From the NCBI RefSeq assembly GCF_006345805.1, contig NC_043000.1, positions 116,808,001 to 116,872,000 on the forward strand: a stretch of 64,000 nucleotides of DNA, given 5' to 3'. The position numbers were made by a program, and so were the translations under genes. Positions 28,880 to 40,676 of this stretch are shown here, piece by piece. The first letter of the stretch is position 1; every line of letters begins with the position of its first letter. This DNA is from Octopus sinensis (Eukaryota). Under the pieces are notes generated by a model, which saw only the letters and a program-made list of their open reading frames with translations, made no database searches and was not told where the DNA came from.

Positions 28880-29320
28880 GCGACCAAGTGTCGAAGTGCA
28901 TCCTTTGACCAAGTTTGCATACTTGAGGTTGCTAACATCATGAAACCTGGAAAGCAGCTCCTTGAGCAGCATTCCTTGCCTGATAACGTACAGTACATGC
29001 CCAAAGAAGTCGCACGACTCTACCGCAACGTATCATCAGATGAAAGGATCATCGTGTATGGGGAGAAGACTATGCATGGAGATGTTAGTAGAAAGCTCCG
29101 AGATGATAGTAACATTCATCATCAAAGAGTCTATCATGGACCAGTAACCGGATTGCTGCCTCCCACTTTGAAGGGTATGCATTTGCAATCTAGGAATAGG
29201 AATTATCAACTAAATACCTGATTAACAAAATGGATAGAGATGCAGGAAAAGCAGGAAAATTTAACAACTGTTGTCGACTTTGTGGAGCTAACGCCGAAGT
29301 TATTACCCACATCAGAAATA
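28880..29320 (+). mobile_element. RLE-LINE internal fragment (pre-CCHC region)
   Basis: SHFEGYAFAI*E..STKYLINKMDRDAGK and CRLCGANAEVITHI, the start of a CCHC zinc knuckle. Confidence 0.65.
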
Positions 29321-29595
29321 GTATATATATATATATATATATATTTAAAAATTAAGGGTAAAATTGATACTAGTCAATTAAAACCAGTGGTCTAGCACAT
29401 TAAAAAGAATCCGAAGATTAAAATATTTATATATACCAATTAAGGACTGAACACGAAAAAGTGGACAGTCAACATGCTAGATATAGACGTCAAATCGCCA
29501 TTCTCCACAAACATTTTGTTCTCAAATAAAATAAAATTCAGCACGACCTAAAGCAATAGATACGACAAAAGAAATATACGAAATGGAATAATCAC

Positions 29596-29657
29596 CTGCG
29601 TACCGAACGGTTTCAGCTATTAATATCACAAGGATATCTGTAGCTTCGTCAGCGCAG
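29596..29657 (-). ncRNA. Type I hammerhead ribozyme, intact
   Basis: Stem I CUGCG/CGCAG; core CUGACGA; stem II AGCUA/UAGCU plus AUAUC/GAUAU; GAAA; stem III ACC-GUUC-GGU; GUA cleavage triplet. Confidence 0.88.
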
Positions 29658-30043
29658 TTTGTTATGAGCATAATATGCTGTACCAGATGGAGAGTGGCGA
29701 TTTGACGTCTATATCTAGCATGTTGACTGTCCACTTTTTCGTGTTCAGTCCTTAATTGGTATATATAAATATTTTAATCTTCGGATTCTTTTTAATGTGC
29801 TAGACCACTGGTTTTAATTGACTAATATCAATTTTTACCCTTAATTTTTAAATATGAAATATATGTTCTCAAACCGATAAATTGACTGCTGCTAATTATT
29901 AGCTGCAGGCTGGTTTTTCGAGTCTCAGCGCGCCAAAAGTAAAGGCATTTGAAAAATACATCCGAACTTAATAGGTTGTACTTTTTGCATACGGGACTCC
30001 GTACCGTTTTTCATCTAGTACAGCATATTATGCTCATAACAAA

Positions 30044-30105
30044 CTGCGCTGACGAAGCTACAGATATCCTTGTGATATTAATAGCTGAAACAGTTCGGTA
30101 CGCAG
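30044..30105 (+). ncRNA. Type I hammerhead ribozyme, one stem III mismatch
   Basis: Same as the 29596-29657 copy except stem III reads ACA-GUUC-GGU; predicted cleavage after 30100. Confidence 0.8.
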
Positions 30106-30346
30106 GTGATTATTCCATTTCGTATATTTCTTTTGTCTTATCTATTGCTTTAGGTCGTGCTGAATTTTATTTTATTTGAGAACAAAATGTTTGTGGAGAA
30201 TGGCGATTTGACGTCTATATCTAGCATGTTGACTGTCCACTTTTTCGTGTTCGTCAGTTCCTTAATTGGTATATTATATATAATATATATATATAATATA
30301 TATATAATGAACTTCTGCAGAATTTATATAGAACTGATATATATAT

Positions 30347-30412
<66 letters not shown>

Positions 30413-30547
30413 ATATAATATATATATTATATATATATATATATTATATACCGGAGTAACACATAAATGTGAAACAAGGTGGAAAAAGAGTACTCAAATA
30501 CCAGTGGTAGAGTAATATGCTTTATTTTAAGCAGCAGAAAAATCAAC

Positions 30548-30594
30548 AAAATCTGTTACTCTGAGTTTCTCGTTGCCGTTCATCAGACAGTTTT
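30548..30594 (-). ncRNA. Minimal type I hammerhead ribozyme in the PLE 3' region
   Basis: Minus strand reads CUGU-CUGAUGA-ACGGCAACGA-GAAA-CUCAGAG-UA-ACAG. Stem I CUGU/ACAG; stem II is 2 bp with a GCAA loop and an A.A mismatch; palindromic stem III ACUC-A-GAGU; GUA cleavage triplet. Confidence 0.72.
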
Positions 30595-31609
30595 TGCTAG
30601 AATGGAACATATATATTAATTCAATCTATACTCTTACAAACGCTACACCTTTAAAAAGAATGGACTTGTTTGATTGGCCCTTTAGAAAAAACGGTCAATC
30701 TTCGAGCGATAAACAAAAAGGTCAAAAATATATGTATATATATATAAAAAAAACTTATAAAAATTATAAAAATTATAAAATCCGAGGAAAAAACCGAGGA
30801 AAAACCTATTGCCGTTAATGAAGACAGTACAAATTAATGCATAGAAATTAAACCTGTTATAAATACTGCAATACATATTTATATTAAAATCCACATATAT
30901 ATATATCAACATACACAAAAGGATGCGCGTAAACGCCATACATACATATACAGACGTATGAATATGAATCTAAATTATACACATAAAAGCATGTGTACAT
31001 ATATTCACGCAAACCGTCTCGCACGCAAGCTAAAATTCATCTATGTAGCAATTCTCATATACTGAGCAAGGAGGGGGAACGAAAGAAAGGGAAAGAGAGA
31101 AAAAAGGAACGAAAGAGGGGTGGGGGGGAACTTGTAGCGATGTTATTGGCATCTATAGAGGCCAGTATACATACACAAGTTTGAATTGATACATATACAT
31201 ACCGTCGTGTGTATGCGTGCTTAAGCACAAGCATACTTTCACTTACACATACACAGATACGCATGCTTACAAATACATATGCTTTGCTATACACAAACTT
31301 ATATAAACATTCTAAATTTGACAACATTGCTTTTTTTTAAAAAAAACATTGCTTTTAAAAAATGGGTGCATTAATAAAAATATATACGAAAGACATATAA
31401 AATAAAATATAACATCCTATTTTGGGTCATTTATAAATAATCAAGGTAATATAAATAATCAAGGTAATCCTATGCAATACAATAACATGAAAACAAAGTT
31501 TGTAGGTTTTTCCTAATATATATGTAGAAACAATAAGACTTTGCTATAGATCCGTCGTAGCGCTTAAGAGTCAAAATCAAAATCAAAATCAAAATACAAA
31601 ATATATACT

Positions 31610-32014
31610 CTATCCATATGGTATATTTATATTCGACATTTTAAATTTAGCCGCGTGCCTACATAAGTTCATTAACTCACTTCTTTGATTCAAAGAATTA
31701 TTGTCTTTGAATAATATGTGCATTTTTTCTAATAAGCAAAGCTTGCACTTGAAATTATATTTGTAAGCTCCATGCCTGTATGGTGCCGCCCTGTCCAGAA
31801 TGCTCCATGTCACGTTGAAAGGTGGGGCTTCCTTTTCTTTTAGTTCCCAGACATATTTTGCTAGGCTGGTTTTCTTCCTATTCTCTGGGTATTTAAAAGA
31901 ATTCTTATGAGAATAAAATCTTGTTTTAAATGAATTTTCTGAAGCCCCTGTGTATGTCTTGTATTCCGATGAGCCTTCCACTTGCACCTTGGCTCTATAA
32001 ACTACTCCTTTCAC
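31610..32014 (-). CDS. PLE GIY-YIG endonuclease domain
   Basis: VVY...TYTG, KTRFYSHK, CKLCLLEK, LNQRSE and CRH motifs in a 134-aa ORF directly downstream of the RT. Confidence 0.9.
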   Translation of the reverse strand: MKGVVYRAKVQVEGSSEYKTYTGASENSFKTRFYSHKNSFKYPENRKKTSLAKYVWELKEKEAPPFNVTWSILDRAAPYRHGAYKYNFKCKLCLLEKMHILFKDNNSLNQRSELMNLCRHAAKFKMSNINIPYG

Positions 32015-32360
32015 TAGACATTTCCCTTCTAACGGACAGGAGCTTTCGTTTTTACATTACATTTCTTAATGGGCTCGGCACCATGTCTAATCTCTCAATT
32101 AGCTTCCTATTATGTTGGCTAATGTAAGAGGCGAAATTTCTGCAACAAGAATAGCTAACCTTCAGGGTTCTTCTATTAAATATTCTGTAGAATTTATGAC
32201 CCTGCTTAAAATGCTTAGAGACTAATCTCAAAAATTCCTTACCTATATTAGTCTTTACGGCCAAATTGAAAGCCGGGTTGAACCACAAAACTTTCCTGGT
32301 CCTAGTTCTTCGTGCAGCATTATTATTAGCATTAAGCTGGTTGAACTGGATCTTCTCCGG
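32015..32360 (-). pseudogene. PLE thumb/linker region, broken by 1-bp frameshifts
   Basis: WFNPAFNLAVKTNIGKEFLRLVSKHF...KVSYSC in a shifted frame. Restoring single bases gives KKCNCKNESSCPLEGKCLV leading into the endonuclease. Confidence 0.8.
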
Positions 32361-33563
32361 AATCCACTATTCTTTAATGCGCTATCGTAATAAGGTGCAG
32401 CATTATGGAATGCTGCCTCGTCCGAAGAAATTGAAGATATTCTTCTACCTACATTGCTGACTAAGTTGCTAAGGATAACTGGTGGATGGTTCGAATCTTT
32501 GCTAATATACGATAGCTTTTCATTGGGCTTACGGAAAGGTTTAAATCTATCCGATCTTACATTAAAATTTACGTCTAAAAAATCTACACTATTCAGGTTA
32601 GTATCTATCGTAATCCGTAAGCCCATCCTTTGAAAGAAAGCTATAAGGTCCTTCCTAAGTCTATCTGATTCATGGCCGTTTAGATTATGCGTGGCTATAA
32701 GGCCGTCATCCCTATATAGACCTGCATCTATAAATGGGAATTCTATTTTTAGATTATGGAGAATAAAGGCTCCTATGAGCATACATAATTCAGCCCCGTC
32801 GTATGCCCCCATCGGTACATCGAAAAGAGAATCCTCAGTCTTCTTAATCCAGGTGGAATCCTCGAAAAACAGAAGCGATTTCCTCGCATGCATAATAATT
32901 TCAATTTCCGAGCTATCGATGTTGACATACTGCTTGGCGAAGTCCAATGCTCTTAGGAGCAACGTCCTAGATATCGACGGGTAAAAGTCAATAATGTCGA
33001 ATTGTGTGAAACTACAATTATTCTTATAGCTAATACCTTTAAACCACTCTATAACTGACTTACTATTCTTCCAAATTCTCAAGTCTACTTCACTATCTAA
33101 CTTAACTAAAATACGGTCCAAAATATTTTTGCTAATAATTCCTATCTCAGTTTTAGCCGGATTTATCAATCTACATTTGGGGTTTCTACTAAAATTGTCT
33201 TTATGGTCTTTCAGAGTAATAAAAGCTGGTCGTGGTGAAAGGTATTCAATCCTATCGCTAATCTTAAGATCGTTAGCTATTCCTCTTGCTTCTAAGTTCA
33301 CCTCTTTGTATATATTCGTGTTGTCTTTTTTGTATGTGTCCGTGACACTATTCGAAATCAGGCGTTTATAAACGTCCTTATCAAGTGCATATAAGTTCCT
33401 TGTCTTGTCAGAATTAACGAAGATCTTATTCGAGTCGTTAATCTCCTTAATTTTTTCTCTCATGTTTTTTTGCAATGGGTTGGTAAATTTGCGGAATTTA
33501 ATTTTCCTAATAATCTCGAAAAGGTCTTTCTCGAAGGCTTCTAATTCCGGAATCGGTGGCGGG
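32255..33563 (-). CDS. PLE reverse transcriptase (5'-truncated at the inversion junction; frameshift near 32358)
   Basis: 406-aa ORF with FDIIDFYPSI, VPMGAYDGAELC and GLYRDDG motifs. The frame stays open upstream of the ATG (PPPIPELEAFEKDLF) up to the junction at 33563. Confidence 0.92.
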
Positions 33564-34703
33564 TTTGCTTATTAGAAAAAATGCACATATTATTCAAAGA
33601 CAATAATTCTTTGAATCAAAGAAGTGAGTTAATGAACTTATGTAGGCACGCGGCTAAATTTAAAATGTCGAATATAAATATACTATGGATAGAGTATATA
33701 TTTTGTATTTTGATTTTGATTTTGATTTTGACTCTTAGCGCTACGACGGATCTATAGCAAAGTCTTATTGTTTCTACATATATATTAGGAAAAACCTACA
33801 AACTTGTTTTCATGTTTTGTATTGCATAGGATTACCTTGATTATTTATATTACCTTGATTATTTATAAATGACCCAAAATAGGATGTTATATTTTATTTT
33901 ATATGTCTTTCGTATATATTTTTATTAATGCACCCATTTTTTAAAAGCAATGTTTTTTTTAAAAAAAAGCAATGTTGTCAAATTTAGAATGTTTATATAA
34001 GTTTGTGTATAGCAAAGCATATGTATTTGTAAGCATGCGTATCTGTGTATGTGTAAGTGAAAGTTGCTTGTGCTTAAGCACGCATACACACGACGGTATG
34101 TATATGTATCAATTCAAACTTGTGTATGTATACTGGCCTCTATAGATGCCAATAAATCGCTACAAGTTCCCCCCCACCCCTCTTTCGTTCCTTTTTTCTC
34201 TCTTTCCCTTTCTTTCGTTCCCCTCCTTGCTCAGTATATGAGAATTGCTACATAGATGAATTTATAGCTTGCGTGCGAGACGGTTTGCGTGAATATATGT
34301 ACACATGCTTTTATGTGTATAATTTAGATTCATATTCATACGTCTGTATATGTATGTATGGCGTTTACGCGCATCCTTTTGTGTATGTTGATATATATAT
34401 ATGTGGATTTTAATATAAATATGTATTGCAGTATTTATAACAGGTTTAATTTCTATGCATTAATTTGTACTGTCTTCATTAACGGCAATAGGTTTTTCCT
34501 CGGTTTTTTCCTCGGATTTTATAATTTTTATAATTTTTAATAGTTTTTTTTATATATATATACATATATTTTTGACCTTTTTGTTTATCGCTCGAAGATT
34601 GACCGTTTTTTCTAAAGGGCCAATCAAACAAGTCCATTTCTTTTTAAAGGTGTAGCGTTTGTAAGAGTATAGATTGAATTAATATATATGTTCCATTCTA
34701 GCA

Positions 34704-34750
34704 AAAACTGTCTGATGAACGGCAACGAGAAACTCAGAGTAACAGATTTT
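34704..34750 (+). ncRNA. Minimal type I hammerhead ribozyme, inverted-arm copy
   Basis: Same motif on the plus strand: CTGATGA at 34712-34718, GAAA at 34729-34732, predicted cleavage after 34741. Confidence 0.72.
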
Positions 34751-34777
34751 GTTGAATTTTCTGCTGCTTAAAATAAA

Positions 34778-34816
<39 letters not shown>

Positions 34817-34901
34817 CAAATCAAATATACGTTGGCAGACGTATTTTGGAGAGTCTGAAACCAGTCCTGCATTATCCGTTTCTAGGTTTTTTATTTTTCA
34901 G

Positions 34902-34916
34902 ATGTTCTTCCTAGAG
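34902..34916 (+). other. Candidate 15-nt microexon
   Basis: TTTTTTATTTTTCAG|ATGTTCTTCCTAGAG|GTAAGA; strong acceptor and donor, length divisible by 3. Confidence 0.3.
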
Positions 34917-35057
34917 GTAAGACAATTTTTTTCATGTTTGTTGCACACACGCATCTTTATTAGTACATACGCAGTGAAGCTATACGTTAGCGTCGTATTT
35001 ATTACGTTCGCTATTTTCTAGTAAATATCGGTGCTTCGTTGTGCCATTTACTTACTT

Positions 35058-35124
<67 letters not shown>

Positions 35125-35829
35125 TATATAGACTTCTACAGAATTTTCGCCTCCTCGCAGTTTCAGCCAAAATTCATTAGCCGGTGCAATCCTACAGTGT
35201 CACAACTGTGGGCCCTGAACTCGGAGCAACGTAGTTGCGACCAAACTTTTTTCTTACACACACTTACACGCGCACACAGCCATGCCTGCGCCTGTTCATC
35301 TAAATATAATTTAAATATATCATATTTTTAAAAACTGTAATCCAAAATGTACTTTTAGTTCTTTTCAAGTAGATTAATTCTGAAAACCATTTCATATATA
35401 CTATTTATATTTGGAAATGTTTTCGTAGAAGTTACGAATATAAAAAGAGATTTCATTTTCTTCTTAAAATACATATCCCTTAGGCATCATTCTTTCCATG
35501 CTATCTAAGATTAGCATTTATATAAGATAGAAATTAATTTTGATACAGCCTCTAATACTGGAATGAGTTCCATCTACGTATATATGTTATATAGTTAATA
35601 CAATTTAGTTTTAATATATGATAACGTACATTTTAAAGCAGATTATTCAAGTTATTAATACGCTGAATTTTTTTGCCCTTTAACGTGAAATTAATGCTGT
35701 TTTTTGAATACATATTTTCTCATTTTTGCCGATATACAAGCGGAAAGATTTTGTTGTACGTGATAACACTTCTTGCCAGCTTATATGGTTTCAAATTTCG
35801 GCACAAGGCCAGTAATTTGAGAATTACAC

Positions 35830-36490
35830 CGACTCCGGTGTTCAACTGGTACTTATCATACTAATTTTATAAATTCCGAAAGGATATAAAGCAAAATCGA
35901 CCTTTGCAGGATCTGAACTGAGGACAGAAAGACTAACGAGAAATACCGTTAGTCATTTTGTCTACTGCCGCAGCGATTTTGTAAGATCAACGCTTTGCTT
36001 CTATTAAAAAAACATATTTGTAACTGTTGCATGGACTCTGTTAAAACTGCTGAATACATCCCTCATAATAACGGTTTATAATTTGGGCTTCTAGACAACG
36101 ATTTTGAAGGGAAGCTGTTTGTCGATATCACTGAATTTAGTGTTTCACTGGTACTTTATTTTATTCACTCCGAATAAATGAGAGCCAATGTGAATGTGGT
36201 CGAATTTAAGAGTTTGTTTCAAAACGTAAAGAGCCGAAATGATTAACACTAGAATTTCTGATACTCAAACGGTTTTGTCAATTCTCTGCCCTTCATATTG
36301 TCTAATTTATGCACAACGTTAAGAATTTCGAGGACAGGATGTTTTTCAATTCCATTGATTCCAGTACGTGATTAGTACTTTATTTCATCAAACCCGAAAG
36401 AGAGAAAAGCAAGGTTGACGGCGATGGAAATTGATCATAAAAAGTAAAGTGCCGAAATAAATGTTATAAATGATTTTATCCGACGAGACA
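35830..36490 (-). mobile_element. Cluster of three old SINE family B copies
   Basis: Degenerate central domains at about 35830, 36120 and 36350. Confidence 0.6.
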
Positions 36491-36785
36491 CACATCGAAA
36501 CAAGTCTTAGAATCCATTACACAATGAGATGAGTGTATTACGAACACACTTTCGTTATGAAGGGGGGGAGTTTCTCTCCTGTGACATACACAACATCAAC
36601 TAGCATAGTTGCGTTTGAATGTACCGGTACGTATTAAGAGTAAATATGCAACTCATCGCTTTCATTCATGATGTTCACTGCACAAATAACATTTTCACGT
36701 CATTTTGTTTAAGACAAGTATAATTACCAACACAGGAACATGTATCATACATCAAAAGGAAGCTGCTCCTCTGTGGATCACATCC

Positions 36786-37097
36786 TTACTTCTCAACATA
36801 GTCACAGTTTCTCTCAATAGCAACGTTCCATCTTTGAATAAGAGCATGTATCCCTGCTCCGTAAAATTCTGTTGACTGTTCTTTGAGCCACTTCTTTAAT
36901 ACAATTTTCACTTCTTCGTTACTGGAATAATGTTATCCTCTCAAACCCCCTTTCGTGGCGCCGAAGAGATGATAGTCTGAAGGCACTAAATCTGGTGAGT
37001 GTGGCGATAACGAAGAAGTGGCTCAAAGAACAGTCAACAGAATTTTACGAGACTGGGATTCATGCTCTCATTCATGCTCTCATTCATGCTCTCATTC
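36786..37097 (-). pseudogene. Mariner transposase C-terminal remnant with a short inverted duplicate
   Basis: PHSPDLVPSDYHLFG...EFYGAGIHALIQRWNVAIERNCDYVEK* on the minus strand; 37008-37073 is an inverted partial copy. Confidence 0.8.
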
Positions 37098-37809
37098 TAA
37101 ATTCTTCCTTTTTCTGCAACTAACTTAAATCCCTTTTACGGTATTCTAATACCTCCTTTTACCCAAATTCCTATAACTTAAAAATTCTTATAGCTTTCAG
37201 TTGCAAGTAGGGGTTTGGTCAGTTAGTATCTGATCTACAACCTCATATGTTCCTAAGAATTTAATGAACTCTCTACACTGACCTAAGTTTCTTGTCACCA
37301 CATAGATTAATTGACATTTTGTTCTAATGACAACCTGAACTTCCTTTATGTATCCTGAATTTCCTCCTCTTTCTACAACTAACTTGAATTCTTTACCTGC
37401 CCTTACCCTAATCTTTATAACTAAAGAAATTTTCTTACAGCAGTCAGTTATAAGCAAAGCGTTGGTCAGTTAGCATCTGAACCACACGACCTCATGTTCC
37501 TTAGATTCATATCTACATCCTTATCTGTATATTTACCTTCCCTAAGATATTATTAATTGATTTGAAAACTTTTATATTATTGGAAAACCTATATAAATTA
37601 GCTGAAGATTACTCAGCATCTTAAATATGCTGTAATATATACAGCTTTTAATAAAATGTTGTAGTATGAAACAATTGTACTAAATTACCGGATTCATCCT
37701 TGTTGCTTATTTTTGATTATAATCACCTCGCATATTTTTATGGGTAACACCATACAAAATTCTGGTGCATCTAAAATAAGTACCATATTCATTTGAATCT
37801 AAAGTGTTG

Positions 37810-37843
<34 letters not shown>

Positions 37844-37846
<3 letters not shown>

Positions 37847-38007
37847 GACAGGTTTCTTTCAGCTTCCGTCTACAAATCCTTTCACAATGCTTTGCTCGGC
37901 TCGAGGCTATAGTAGAAGACACTTATGCAAGTTGCTACGCAGTGGAACTGAACACGGAACCATATGATTGGGAAGCAAGCTTCTTACCACACAGCTACGC
38001 CTGCGCC
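37844..38007 (-). mobile_element. SINE family A, head half
   Basis: Homology to family A. Confidence 0.8.
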
Positions 38008-38384
38008 TCTCTCTCTCTCTCTCTCTCTCTCTGTATATATGTATATACTATATGTATCTACCTTTGTGTAGATGTGTGTGTGTGTATGCATGTGTACGCG
38101 GTTGTGTTTGTGTGTTATCCAGAAGATAGGAATATATACTGAAAAATTGTCACTTTACAAAAAACACTTTCTTCTCATCATTAGGATAAAAGGAAAACAA
38201 ACATCCTCATCATCAGCATCAACTGTAGCAACAGGAACATGATAATTGTGGCAGTGAAAACAGTGTTGTTATTGATACTATGGTATGTTCGTACTTATGA
38301 TTAGAACTTTAGTTTGTTTGGCGATGCTTTTGATGTTCGACAGTGAAAACGGTGACTACGAAGATCACGACGACAACGGTGATA

Positions 38385-38437
38385 ATGATGATGATGATAA
38401 TAATGATGATAAGGATCAGAAAGGGGAGAATGATAAC

Positions 38438-38473
<36 letters not shown>

Positions 38474-38510
38474 AATGACGTTGATGACGATGATGATGAC
38501 GACGATGATA

Positions 38511-38555
<45 letters not shown>

Positions 38556-38649
38556 GTGATGATGACGATGATGATGATGATAATAATGATGATGATGATG
38601 ATGATGACGAAGATGATGACGATGATGATAGTGACGATGATGATAATGG

Positions 38650-38695
<46 letters not shown>

Positions 38696-38700
38696 AACGA
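38385..38700. repeat. (GAT)n microsatellite
   Basis: Direct inspection. Confidence 0.97.
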
Positions 38701-38905
38701 AATTGATATGGAAACGAGCGCATGACGTTGACGAAGTTGACGGTATTGATAATGATGCTACAGAAGATAATACAAGACAAGGAATAGACGTAATGAGATA
38801 GGGGAACAGCAAAACCCTACTTCAAAAGATGAAAGCTTGAAATACAAACCGGAAAGTAGGTAAGGTCGATAACATATATATATATATACCGAAGGTGACG
38901 GAGTT

Positions 38906-38960
<55 letters not shown>

Positions 38961-39142
38961 TGCACACGCCATGTGTGTGAAAGAGAGAGTGAAGGTGCGG
39001 CGTGTATTTATGTTAAGTGTATCCAGTTTATGATCATGTGATCGATTCGCAGGGGCACGTAGTGTCCTAGCGCAAGGCAAAGAGCCTTTATTTCATGTTG
39101 CTCTAAACGACCCGGCTTGTAAAAAATGAGTTGCACCTATAT

Positions 39143-39552
39143 ATTTCTTTATTGCCCACAAGGGGCTAAACGTAGAGAGGACAAACAAGGACAGACAAAC
39201 GGATTAAGTCGATTATATCGGCCCCAGTGCGTAACTGGTACTTATTTAATCGACCTGGAAAGGATGAAAGGCAAAGTCGACCACGGCGGAATTTGAACTC
39301 AGAACGTAACGGCAGACGAAATACCTATTTCTTTACTACCCACAAGGGGCTAAACATAAAGAGAACAAACAAGGACAGACATAAGTATTAAGTCGATTAA
39401 TTGGTGCATAATTGGTACTTAATTTATCGACCCAGAAAGGATAAAAGGCAAAGTCGACCTCGGCGGAATTTGAACTCACAACGTAACGACAGACGAAATT
39501 CGGCTACGCATTTCGCCCGGCGTGTTAACGTTTCTGCCAGCTCACCGCCTTA
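39143..39552 (-). mobile_element. SINE family B, tandem dimer
   Basis: Mirror organisation of 15584-16000. Confidence 0.85.
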
Positions 39553-39764
39553 ATGGGTTGTACCTATAGTTCAATAGGCCAACCTAGTCTCATTCGGTGT
39601 CTGACATTGAATCTCACTAACAACTACATTACAAGCACGACTGATTTTGGAGAGTTCTATCATTTGCATATCAATTTCAAGAATTTCGCCAAACCAACCG
39701 GAACACTAGTCGTCGTAATCGACGGAGTGCCCAGCCACACACACACACACACATTCACACACAC

Positions 39765-39830
<66 letters not shown>

Positions 39831-40676
39831 CTCTCTCTATATATATATGTATTTATATTTATATTTATATACAGAATACGGTGGGGTTGGTTCACAGGTA
39901 TTCTAAACAACTAGGTATGCTGGGTAAGTGCTGCAACGTGGATTACTCGGGCTCCAAGATCATAGTCGAGGCGGGAGTTATGAAACCATCGTAGATTTTC
40001 GATATAGCGGATATATATCTGTTGTCCCCTTTAACAAATATGTATATATATATATATATGCGTGTGTTGAAGGAAAAAGAAGAAGGAGACTAAATGGATA
40101 TATGAATAATTTATACTGTATGTCCCAGCTTCAAAATATATTCATCTAAAATAAGCATTTAAATATCCTGATGAATAAAGGTTTATAAGCAGGTTTTACT
40201 AGGTACACGTTATAATGTTGTATTTTCAAACGTTTATCTATCCTCGATTCTGATTACGACACATATTACTACTGATCCGTACCGTTCCACAACTGAAACT
40301 ATTAGCAAACCAATAAGAAAAATCTATAGATTCATATTTTATTTTATTTTATTTTGTTTTTACTTTTATTTTTATAATTTAACTTTTTGATTTTAATCTT
40401 TATCTTTCTTATGTATTTTTTATTTATTTGTCTTCTAATATATGGTATATTCATGAATATATATAACCCGTCTCTTAGATACACTTACTAGATGTAGCTT
40501 TTAACTTCTTAAACACTATGCATCCTTCAAAAGAAAAATAATAACCCAAGTTCCATAAGCTCATAATTAACCCTGAAGAAATTTTATCCCATAAATTAGA
40601 ATATGATACCTTTCTTAGCATTTAACAAAGTGTTTCGAACTTCTGATCAGCTAGGTGATAGGGGAGAAACATATTA

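Larger units (their letters stand above)
29341..30275 (+). mobile_element. Non-autonomous HHR element (retrozyme or miniature PLE) with a 506-nt period and an inverted 5' copy
   Basis: GGCGATTTGACGTCTATATCTAGC recurs at 29696 and 30202. 29341-29506 is inverted against 29689-29855, and about 29425-29690 is the reverse complement of 30011-30275. No meaningful ORF; (TA)n flanks. Confidence 0.8.
30451..34778 (-). mobile_element. Penelope-like element (PLE), 5'-truncated, with an inverted copy of its 3' end; flanked by (TA)n
   Basis: RT plus C-terminal GIY-YIG ORF pieces on the minus strand. 30520-31740 is the reverse complement of 33564-34778. An HHR lies in each arm and (TA)n tracts flank both ends. 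Inverted pLTR structure is an established PLE feature. Confidence 0.93.

Noticed and set aside
30236-30262. Minus-strand CTGACGA-ACAC-GAAA
   Set aside because: Created by a 3-nt insertion absent from the two paralogous copies; stems do not form
38285-38812. Poly-Asp/His/Met/Ile ORFs, and similar at 26529-27205 and 56492-56996
   Set aside because: Trinucleotide microsatellites open in several frames; no splice or domain support
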